DNA from: Trichosphaerium sp. ATCC 40318
Taxonomy: Eukaryota; Protista; Tubulinea
Reading direction: 5' to 3'
Assembly (NCBI GenBank): GCA_038496445.1
Contig: JALMLS010000232.1
Coordinates: 124,001 to 188,000, forward strand
Length of the DNA stretch: 64,000 bases
Shown here: in pieces, positions 12,701 to 23,252 of the stretch
Numbering within the stretch: the stretch's first letter is position 1
How the letters are laid out: every line of letters starts with the position of its first letter
The notes under the pieces: generated by a model
What the model was told of the DNA's origin: nothing
Databases searched by the model: none
Seen by the model: only the letters and a program-made list of their open reading frames with translations
Position numbers and translations under genes: made by a program

Positions 12701-14117
12701 GCAAGCAACTCTTTGTTTCCTCTTACTTTATCACGGACTTCAGCTAGTCCATCAAGAAGCTTGACATGAGATTTTTTGAATTCTGCAACACTCTTATCGC
12801 TAAAGAAAGACGAGAATATTAGCTTGATTCGTGAATGCCAAATTCAACGAAAAAAAAGAATCGTGTAGATCTTTTTGTAAATGTGGATTTTTAAATCAAG
12901 ACGTACGATTCTGTATCAAGTATTGTGCCTATAAATTGAAATATTAGATATTACGATTTTTGTAATACACGTGTTGCACAAAGTGGCAAACAGAAAAAAA
13001 GAAAAAAGCTAAAACATAAAAAAAAATACAAAAGGAAGTTCTTTAACATTCACGTACCATCTGCCAGTACAAGTTTTAACTCTTGTATTGTTTTATACGC
13101 ATTTGCTTCTGTACCACAACACATACCACTTGAATTATTAGCAGTGATACCTAATGAACCAATTAACAACCTTTTTCTTCAACATTCACTTAATTTTTAT
13201 AAAAGAATAAAATAACGCACCTCCAATCATACAAGAATCAATACTCGATGGATCTGGACCAATTTTCTTGTTGTACATTTTCAACGTCTGTAAAGAAGAA
13301 AAAAGTTAAGATTTTTATTGACATGACTGCGTCCTTGTGACCTAAGAGTTGTCGCAAATGCATTATTAAATTGCTAAGTATTATACGTACACGATTAGCA
13401 TGGCCACCAACAACTCCAGGCTCGAGTCTAACAGTGTCGGCATTTTTGCCAATTGGCGTACACTTGTTCCATTTGGAAGGTATTATACGAACAAGTACAG
13501 AGTCTGTTACGGCTTGGCCTAGTTTATCGTTTAGAAAAAATCGAGCAAACGGAAGAAATAAAGTCCGTTCGTATCAAGAAAACGCTCAAGTGACTATGCA
13601 AGCGATTTTTTAGTGCGTTTTTACGCATAGACGCTTCGAAAAATCGCAGACTTTGTGTTTGCAACTAGTTCTTTTTTTTATACCTGATAAGCTCGTTCCA
13701 GCGGCACGGAATGTGATTGGAGTGTGGTGAATGTTCCCAAGTTCCATGATACGCGATACTTGCTTCATATCAGCTACCTATACGTAAAAAGTTGGTATAT
13801 GCACTATTCAGGCGTAAACGTACGTTTACGACCATTTTCGGGACAAGCCTTTCATTAATGTTAGTGTCATCATTTGTCGCATTGTTAATTTACCTGTAGA
13901 AACTCGCATCTGTACTATAGGCGTATGTGCGAACCGCATCAGTTACAATTTGTTTTGTGGGAATAAAAGACGCTACTTCATTATAGAACGCTTGATAATT
14001 ATCTGGTAGCGCCTGTGTGCCTCTCGCTGTTACTGTGGCTTTATTGCGATTAAATGAGCGAGTTTTAACACGTTGTGTATTACGAAGATGCACAGCAGCG
14101 CGCGATAACGTGTGCAT
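9762..14117 (-). CDS. FAD-binding + Fe-S cluster D-lactate/glycolate dehydrogenase (fused GlcD/GlcF type), probable mitochondrial presequence
   Basis: Motifs include AYSTDASFYR, TFRAAGTSLSGQA, GPDPSSIDSC, IFGHAKDGNLH, KAEHGTGRNVAPF, MNPGVILNDD, CIECGFCESVCPS, CATTGMCASKCP and the CCG domains (CCGMAFDSK, CCGMAGDRG). The N-terminus is Arg-rich and lacks acidic residues. Confidence 0.92.
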
Positions 14118-14388
14118 ATTAGCTACGGTGCCAAAAGCTCACAATATGCGTGTCAGGTAGACTATTAAAGACCACTACTCTAAAACCATCCATAGCGGGT
14201 CGACTATCTTATCATATAGATTCTCACACGTTGTAGTGATTCTAAAGTCCATCTTGATTGTTTTTATCGCAAAATGACGTTCATTGTAGAAAAAAAGCGA
14301 GTTTTCTGCCGTTTTGAACGTCACTTTATTTTAGTCACCTATTTTCGACAGATATCTTATTAATAACTGCCTTCGCAACGCTTCTTCA

Positions 14389-16747
14389 ATGGCACGCACA
14401 AAACAAACAGCACGTAGGAGCACTGGCGGTAAAGCACCACGCAAAACTAACCAAGCAACACACTTCTTTAAGAATGTTGCTCCAAAGCTGAGACAACAAG
14501 GGCGCACTCAACAACAAGTAGAAGAGGTAAGCGAGTTTCTTCATTAGGCGATTTAAATAGCATTTCTCTTATTTTGAGTATAGATGGCGCCTGTCGAAGT
14601 AAAGTTTGATGTGTCACCTGAAACTTCTTTTTTTGCTCATTTCTTTGAAACTGGTTCTGAGGAAAATAAAGACTTTGCCCCTAGATATGCTGGTAAAGTT
14701 AAAAATCTCTTCAGTAATCTTTATCTTATTGTTACTATGTAGTTGCGAGTGCTTGTGATCCAATATCTGGAAAAGAAGAGAATTGGCTGTCAGTTTATTT
14801 CAACTCAAAATACGACGGAGACGGCATTAAAACCCACAAAAGACCTATTCTGAACCTTGTTGTATGCTTGGATATCTCAGGTAGTATGTGCTGTAATTTT
14901 GAAGGAGAGGAAAATAAAAGTAAGATACAAGTAGCCAAGGTACACCAACAACTCTTTCCTCCATTTTTCTTAGTTTTTTTTTTTAGGATTGCCTGCTCTC
15001 GTTGATTGAAAGACTTAACCCTAACGATTCCTTTGGGTACAGCATTGGTTTCTTTTTCGAGCGACTTTAGTTAATATTTATTAATAGGCTGGTTCTGTTT
15101 AATGAAAGCACAAGCGTTGTTCAAAAATTACAGCGTTGGTCTAAAATTAACAAAACTAAACTTAAACAAAAAATAAGATGTTTGCGTGCTAATGGAGGAA
15201 CTTGTATTTGTCCAGGTTTGTGTTTTATTGTTTGCTATCCCAAGATTCAAAGTTAACATGTTTATTAGCTATGGAAGCTGCTACAGAATTATATAAAGAC
15301 TTTGAGGAAGTACCAAACAGCTCAAATCGTGTTTTTTGTTTGACAGGTACAAACAGTCATTTCAATTGTAGCTTAAGCTCTTTGTAGATATGGAAGTAGA
15401 TCGTTCTGACGGGGACAAATTTTCTAAAGTTGTAGCTAAGAATGCAGAGAACGCAATGTGGTCCACAATAACTGGTAAACAGCCAAAGAATTCTTTGACG
15501 ATTCTAACACTTTACTTAAGGTATCGGATTAGACTTAACTTCAAATGTCATAGAAGAAGTTTCCAAGACTCCAGGATGTAACTACAGTAACGTAAGGAAT
15601 ACAAAAAACTTTCAGGTACATACTACATACTTGTCTTTATAACAAGAGTAACACGAGATCGTAGGAAATCGTTACAAAAGAATTTGATTTCATGGTTACA
15701 CCAATAGCTTTCTCTATTAATGTAGCACTTGAGGGTGACTTTGAGATTGCAAAAGGTACCCAATACAGGGGTTTTTTATAGTAACTCACTCTTTAAAGGT
15801 TACGGAAGTTATGAATTTCGTAAATTGAAGAAGGGCGATGACATAACTTTCTCTTCTCATTTTCCAAGCGCCAAAAATTCTAAAGGTGAAACACGTTCAG
15901 GTGTCTTTCTGTTCAAGCTCGCTCAGAAGAAAAGATCAAGAGGAAGAAACTTTCAAATAACGTACACTACCTAAAGGACTGTAATGACCAATAACTCACT
16001 GCTTTTTCATAGTACTTCTTGGCAAAACAAGAACGGAATCCCTTTCGATGAAGAACAAACACTGACAATTCCAGAGCCTGAACACTTTGATGACATGGGT
16101 ATCCGAAAGGCTATACTCTTGACAAACTACAGTGTATTCTTGAGAGAATATATTGAAGTTAGAGGTGGAACAGGAAATACAGTAAAACGTTTCACAGCAC
16201 TTCGTAAGGCTTTCCCTAAAATGTTCAAATACTTTTGCGAGTAAGTACAACATAGTCTCCTTGTATCATCTTGTCTCATGAGTTTTTTAAACTAGGTCAG
16301 CAAAGGCAATAGGTGATAAGAGTCTTCATATTGAGATATCTCATCTTAAGACCCAAAGTACTGGTGATGATATACCGATAGAGTCTGATCTACTAAACTT
16401 CGATTTGGTAAAAGAAATAACACAAGCGGGAGACAATATGGACATTGACACGGAGCCAAAAAGGTACAGCGTTACTTATACTATATTATATTAATACCTT
16501 CTGTTACAGTACAAAGAGAAAAGCGAATGACAATGCATCTCCAAGACCTGCAAAGAAGCAAAAGACATCGATTAAACTTGAAAACATAGTCGGATTTGAG
16601 GAACTTGACAACATACCTTATCGGACTCTCCAGGAGCACGCTAAGAATAATGGTATAAGAGCAAACCTTAAAGCTAAAAAACTACGGGATATGCTAAAAG
16701 CAAAATGGAGCTTGGATGGACTCAAAGCGATTCCAGATCTCGAATAA
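14389..16747 (+). CDS. Histone H3-tail / vWA (MIDAS) / SAP-like fusion protein
   Basis: Exon 1 (14389-14526) is MARTKQTARRSTGGKAPRKTNQ...VEE. A phase-0 intron (GTAAGC...TATAG) leads to exon 2 at 14584. Later exons give RPILNLVVCLDISGSM, ANGGT, NRVFCLTD, GIGLD, TRSGVFLFKL and GIRKAILL. The last exon has a basic NLS and LDNIPYRTLQEHAKNNGIRANLKAKKLRDMLK. Confidence 0.85.
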
Positions 16748-16817
16748 GGAGCAACTCGACAACTCCAATTGTATTTTAATAAAAAGTTGTTAAGTTTAGA
16801 TACACTTTGAGTACCTT

Positions 16818-18440
16818 TTATTGCAATCTGTTCACAAAAACACCAGAAACGTCGTCAAAACATGTCTTTTTGGTCATGTTCTGCAAAGAGACAGACCTCA
16901 ACGACAGCGAAGAGTGGATCTCACTGGCATACTTTTCAAACCACTAAATAAAGGACACTGTTACTGTTAGCAGGGCCGTTTATTGATAAAGAGACAACTT
17001 GTATTACGAGCATAATATATGACATTATTCTTGTAAACCATACTGTGTATATCATAAAGCCCTTCTACTGCTATTTTAATAATATCTCCGGATTCTACAA
17101 ATACTCTGAATAGTCCTTTACTACTAGCTACAAAAAGGCACCCTAAGAAAGATTAGTTTAACGAGATCATCGCTTCAAAACAAGTTACAAAAAAATTTAT
17201 ATGTGAAGATTTTAATTTGCCTCACCAACAAACAAAGTGAAGTCTTACCTTTTCCAAAGCAAGTTGCTTTAGGCTTCCCAAAAGATGTCTTTAATAATGT
17301 GCTTGTATTACCACAATCAGCGCCTTCTCTGAATACGTCTATTGTACTGCTTGTAACCAAGTATATATTCTCTTTATCATCTATTTCCATACGGTATATT
17401 CTACCATTGTAGCACTTTATTTTATACTGTTGCTGAAATCCATCATTTATATGAATAACATCTAATAAAAAAGTGTTTGGTTCTTCATCAAAATTAATGT
17501 TGAATGCTGTTTCTCCACAAAATACTTTCTTCCCACATGTGGTCATGCATGTATATGCCGAGTTTTTTAAATCTGATACAGTCAAGGTTATAGTATCAAT
17601 GAGTATAACACTTTGCTAATAGCAAACAATAAGAAGTCACAACAAAACATTGTACAAATTAGTGTTAAGTGAGCGATTTGCGATGAAATCAAGTCAAGTT
17701 GTAAGTACACAAAAAACAAACAAGTGAGTACCAAACCCAATACTACTAGAAAACCATCTGTGACTTTCATATCAAGTATTATAACAACATTAAAATCAAC
17801 TTTTAGCATATCAAATGTTTTTGTTTCCAAACACAAAGTTTGAATAGTTTGTGTACTATCAGAACCAACGTATACCTTTTATACAATTAACAACCTTATC
17901 ATAGAGTGAAATCATTGACTTGAAGAAACAGGATACCTAGCATATCAAATGGACAAGTTAAACGTCTTGTCAAAGTTTAACTAGCTTCTGAAAACGTCCT
18001 TTAAAAACATGAAAGGAAACTAACAAACGTCGGCTTTTGATAAAATTTAACTAAGCCACTGCGAGATATCCTGTTTTTTTCTTGGTTTTGAGTTACTCAC
18101 CTTTTCTTGTCCACATGCAACCATTCTAGGCCGTGATAAATGCACGTATTTTGTTTTTGCTAGTAGTGCTGTTAGTATTACCACTCACTAATAAGAGCAA
18201 TACTTTTCCAGTCGGGACAGTCTCTCTTCGATGTGAATACTGCAGAATTAACAGGCTTTGATGCTAGGTCCTAATGTATTGTAAGCGAAAATATTACAGC
18301 TCACTTACTTTATACAAAACGGATAATTTGACTATGTTAGAACACATCCAAGACGTCAAAGCGACGCTAGTAAGGTCTGATGGCGTTGAAATGTTATCTA
18401 TAATCCCAACCATTATTTCAGTTGGCATAGACGATAACAT
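16818..18440 (-). CDS. F-box protein with probable beta-propeller C-terminal region (multi-exon)
   Basis: The N-terminus MLSSMPTEIMVGIIDNISTPSDLTSVALTSWMCSNIV fits the F-box pattern. Downstream exons are rich in predicted beta-strands (ORF 17175-17585), and the protein ends FVNRLQ*. Confidence 0.65.
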
Positions 18441-18606
18441 GCTATAAGCACGTCAGCGAGTGTCAAAGTGTTAATATAGTCCGTTAAACTTGTACTTTGC
18501 ATCATTGTTGTTCATTGTTGCTGTAAAGTGACCTCGTGTTCTGGAACAACGAAGTTTGAGCGTTCAACGATCAAACAAGTTACTGTCTTGCTTAAGTACA
18601 CTAACG

Positions 18607-21165
18607 AATGTCATTTACCCTTTTATTTGTGTACAACATTCCCTTACGTACAACGTACTATATTGGCTGCGTTTCCGCTCACATGGTACGGATAGTGAAT
18701 AAAATTGTTGTTTTGTTTGTTTTATTACGTGTTTACGCTCCCTCGCAACTGTGTGGAACTTATAGCGCGTGCGATACGCTCCTTTTTAATAATCTTTTAC
18801 TAATTAGCGTATTGAGGTACTAAACACCGTGGAACTGTTCTGTATAGTGCAAAAATGAAAGTGATAGGCGGCCAGCTTCCTACTGTACCAAATGGACATT
18901 GGCGTTCCCTTGTAAATCAACGCTCTGCTTTCGAAAGTTTGGCGAAAAAAATTGCTATTAAAGAGCTAGACGGATTTTACAATATCACAAGCGCCAGGGC
19001 ACTGAAGGAACCAGGTGTTAGTAGTATAATTAAATGCTATGATGGGTCTATTGCTAAAAGCTTGCACGTGCTTTATGACAAGCACACGTGGAAACCATGG
19101 CGATTTAGGTACTTTTTTTTTGAAACATTTTTTCGCTTTGTTGACACCTATATTGGTTTTGACGCCTTTTTTTTATTAATAGGAGCGTTCCTCAACGTTA
19201 TTGGAATGATCCTCATAACCAAAGGCTTGCTATTGATGATATTGCGGAGTGTATGAACATAAAATTACTTGATGGATTCTACAAGATTACAAAGTCAGAA
19301 ATGCACGAACTTGGTGCTGGTGGATTCTTAGCCAGGTACTTTTATTAAAGCGCCACAACCTAATACATCACTCACGCGTCACAATAGTAAATACAACGAT
19401 GTATTATCTTCTTGCCTGCAAACTCTTTACCCGAACTACAGTTGGGAGCCTTGGAGATTCTCGTAAGTGGTGACAAGATGTAAACCTCCTTCTACTCACC
19501 TATTGTCATAGAAGCGCACCAGTTGGTTATGTCCATGAAGAGGATAACCAAAGAAAGATACTTAATGGTATAGCACGCAGGATAAATCTTAAGTGCCTAG
19601 ATGATTGGTACTTCGTATCAAGCAAAGTTCTTAGAGATCAACAATGCTACAGCACTCTAGTAAAGTAAGTATTTAAGTTTTCTTGCTCCCTTTCTAACTG
19701 GCAAGTGATACAAGTGATATTCAACAGCTTTAGTTATGGCGGATCTTTGTCTAAAGCGCTTTGCGTATTATATCCAAATCACAATTGGTCTATGCTCTCC
19801 TTCAAGTACAACATCTTCGTTTTACTGAATTTTTTGTTTAAGTGCACGTGTTTCTTACAACGATTGTTTTAGCAACCTACCGCGAAATTATTGGACAAAT
19901 AAAACCAAGTTATCGTTCCTTGATAAACTAAAAAAGACACTTCGCATCACAGAACCACAGCAATGGTATTTCGGTTTTTGTTAATTTTTTTTAAAGGCTC
20001 ACTTTTTCGTTTAGGTACAATGTTTCCATGCGGCAAATCGCAGAACTTGGTGGCGCTGGATTTGCAAGAAGAGGTTGGCAAGAGTTACTACCCCACATAG
20101 AACCCAATTTCACTTGGCAGTGGAGTAACTTTAAATGGATATCAAAGCAATCAACACAAAAGTATTTTGTTGTTAATTTTTTTCGCGGATATAATTGTTG
20201 GTATTAATTTTTCTTCTGTCGTTAGGTTGCTTACAAAACACCTTCAATCTATATTCCCCGGAAGTCAAATTATGCAAGAAGTCGCAATAGAACTACGTGG
20301 TTACTCTCAGCAGTCATTAGTGGTGGATATCTTCATACCAGAACATAATATTGGCATAGAATATCAAGGTAAGTGTTTAGACACAAAACTCACGTAACTT
20401 CTAACGCTATTTAAAGGTGAGCAGCATTACTTGGATATATACAAATGGCATCCGTCAGATATTCAAGTTATAAGAGACCAAGAAAAGGTTGAGCAGTGTC
20501 AAAGCGCAGGTATGCAAAGTGATTGTGTTATTTTTTTTAGTCACAATGTGCTCTTCTAGAAGTTCTAATGACTTTCGTAGGTATTTGTTATATTCCTATT
20601 CCTTACTGGTGGAATGGAGATAAAGAATCTATCGTATCAACACTAAAGTGCGTTGCATTGACGCTTTGTATAGAGTACTACCCAGAGCTCTGACTTTCTT
20701 TTTTTCTTAGGTTTTATAAACCGTCATTAAACCTTAAAACAAAAGGAGATGTGCCACCTCTTTTGGAGGTTTCTACTCAAACCAATTCATTGCCTTCAAA
20801 GCAAAGACTTATGGGACCAAATTACGCCATATTAGCATAATCGTTCGAACAAAATGGAATACAGATGGCGACGATGTTAGTTACGACATGATTTATTTCT
20901 TCAAATTGAACAAAGGGCTCCAAGCACGCCAAGGCTATGATCTGTTCATAAACCTTTTGACAAGCAATTTCTTGGCGTACACACAAAAACCTGTTTTGTC
21001 CAGGATCTCTAAAAAGTCAGGATTCGTGCTCAAACAAAAACTGAGGCTTGTACTGATTGGTTCTCTATTCCATCAATGTCATCAGGTACTCCACAAGATC
21101 TACCAATAGCCCATCCTATAGCACAACGGGTTGTGAAATGTGCCGTCTCGACAAATGCTGGCTAA
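18607..21165 (+). CDS. Tandem PWxF..P..(Y/H)W repeat protein with C-terminal PD-(D/E)xK/Vsr-like nuclease domain (both ends uncertain)
   Basis: Repeats include VPNGHW..NQR, WKPWRF.SVPQRYW..HNQR, WEPWRF and LPRNYW. They are followed by LVVDIFIPEHNIGIEYQGEQHY...RDQEKVEQCQSAGICYIPIPYWW. Confidence 0.7.
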
Positions 21166-21685
21166 TACTTGTTAAATAACAGTGCGACAAATGCTGGCTA
21201 AACAAAAAACAGTGGAAGAAAAAAATGGAACTTGTCACATACGCTTTTTACAAAATACTCTAGATCCTGTAGTATAAAATCCACAATTATGAAATAATGC
21301 CATTGTTGTGGCTCCACAACACTGAGGATATCATTTTATGCCATCCAGCATTACTTAGGGTTCACACGATTTGCCCCATTTCATACGCTACACGTGATAA
21401 TATTACTGTAACTTTAACTACAATAAAAGCTATTTGTGTAGCGGATTCAGATCCATGAGATGGTTAAAAATTTAGCACAATCATGAGCACTTTTTTTATC
21501 CATGGAATCTAATAAAGTCGTTTGATTTCAACACAGAAAGAGTAGTAATATTACCAGCACAACAAGTCATGGCCAATCATTCAGCGGCAAATATTGAGAG
21601 GTACCACACAACAGTTGCCTAAACGCTGCTTTGTTCTAAAATAAAGTCTTTCAGTGCTAGTGCTACCCAACAGAGTATTTTGGAG

Positions 21686-22888
21686 ATGCCTGTAGAGATT
21701 CTATCGAAAATTCTAAGATTTACTAAAAAATCGCGATTTGCGGCTTGTCAAACATGCCGTTTCTTCTCTTCTATCGTTCATGACATTATTGGATACCACA
21801 GTATTAAAATAACAACAAAAAATCAAGCACGAGAGGTTGTGAAACATAATGGTATTCTTCGAAACACAACAATCAGATTAATCAATCAGTCTCGTTATTT
21901 TTCTTCAGACGTCATAAAACTATTTGCTGGTGTTCATTCAATCAATCTTTATGGCATGCTTGTAAAAGCCGGTATTAAAGCACTTTCTGGAGTTCACTAC
22001 ATTAACTTATCTCACACTCGAGTAACAGACAAAGGTGTAAAAGCGCTTGCTGGTGTTCATACTATATACCTCGCCTGGACTCAGGTAACAGATGAGGGTG
22101 CACGATCACTTGCTGGCGTTCATACTATCAATCTAAGCAGCACTTCAGTAACAGATGAAGGCGTAAAACCACTTGCTGGCGTTCACACTATACATCTTGG
22201 CTGGACTAAGGTAACAGATGAAGGTGTACGAGCACTTGCTGGCGTTCATACTATTTATCTTGAGAACACCCAAGTAACAGATGAGGGAATTAAAGCGCTT
22301 AGTGGTGTTCATACTATAAACCTCCCAGACACTAAAGTTACAGATAAGGGTATTAAAGCACTCACAGGAGTACATAACATAAACCTTAATGGTACTATTG
22401 TAACAGATAAAGGTGTAAAAGCACTTGCAGGAGTTCATACTATAAGGCTTTCTCGTACTAAAGTCACAGATGAAGGTATAAGAGCACTTGTTGGTGTACA
22501 TGAGATTTCCCTTGACAATACTTCAGTTACAGATGATGGTGTAAAAGCGCTTGTGGGTGTTCATACTATTAACCTCGCATTTACTTCAATCACAGACAAT
22601 GGTGTAAAAGCACTACAAGGTGTTCACACCATCAGCCTTATTTCCACTTCAGTCACAGATGATGGTGTAAGAGCTCTAGCGGGTGTTCATACTATTAACC
22701 TCACATGTACTTCAGTCACAGACAATGGTGTAAAAGCACTACAAGGTGTTCACTCCATTAGCCTCATTTGCACTTCAGTTACAGATGATGGTGTAAAAGC
22801 TCTAGCTGGTGTTCATACAATACATGTAGGAGGCTCTTTGGTAACAACAGAATGTATTAAATTACTCTCTCGTGTTCCCAACCATTAA
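21686..22888 (+). CDS. Intronless F-box/LRR-repeat protein
   Basis: The start MPVEILSKILRF...ACQTCRFFSSIV is F-box-like. It is followed by 15 GVHxIxLxxTxVTDxGVKAL repeats in one open frame. Confidence 0.88.
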   Translation: MPVEILSKILRFTKKSRFAACQTCRFFSSIVHDIIGYHSIKITTKNQAREVVKHNGILRNTTIRLINQSRYFSSDVIKLFAGVHSINLYGMLVKAGIKALSGVHYINLSHTRVTDKGVKALAGVHTIYLAWTQVTDEGARSLAGVHTINLSSTSVTDEGVKPLAGVHTIHLGWTKVTDEGVRALAGVHTIYLENTQVTDEGIKALSGVHTINLPDTKVTDKGIKALTGVHNINLNGTIVTDKGVKALAGVHTIRLSRTKVTDEGIRALVGVHEISLDNTSVTDDGVKALVGVHTINLAFTSITDNGVKALQGVHTISLISTSVTDDGVRALAGVHTINLTCTSVTDNGVKALQGVHSISLICTSVTDDGVKALAGVHTIHVGGSLVTTECIKLLSRVPNH

Positions 22889-23252
22889 ACACAACTCAAG
22901 GGCAGCATAATTAGTGCGTACCAATTTAAGTGCAGTTTTTAGCTGTGGCTATTGGCAACAAAACGTTTTGGTTAATTTTGGTTAATAATGCCAGAGTTCC
23001 AAATAACTAGAGCCGTCGACAATAATTGTTCAGTCAATTTCATTATAAACAAGTACAAAAAATTAACCTATTGACCATTTAAATGTATAGCTTTGATACT
23101 TTGGTGCCACAATAAAACGTACGTACTCATGCAAAAACTGCTCGCACATGTGCAAAAAAATACTATTTCATCTCGAATCTGAAGTGAAGTGAATTGACTT
23201 TGTGGTTTTTTATTTCGTACCAAAGTGCAATAGTCGAAAATAGGATCCAGAT

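Noticed and set aside
14389-14530. A genuine histone H3 gene or H3 variant
   Set aside because: Similarity stops after K18, and no KPHRYRPG or histone-fold sequence occurs in any downstream exon.
21149-21202. 17-bp direct repeat CGACAAATGCTGGCTAA
   Set aside because: Only two copies ~20 bp apart, consistent with a simple local duplication and not a TSD or array.
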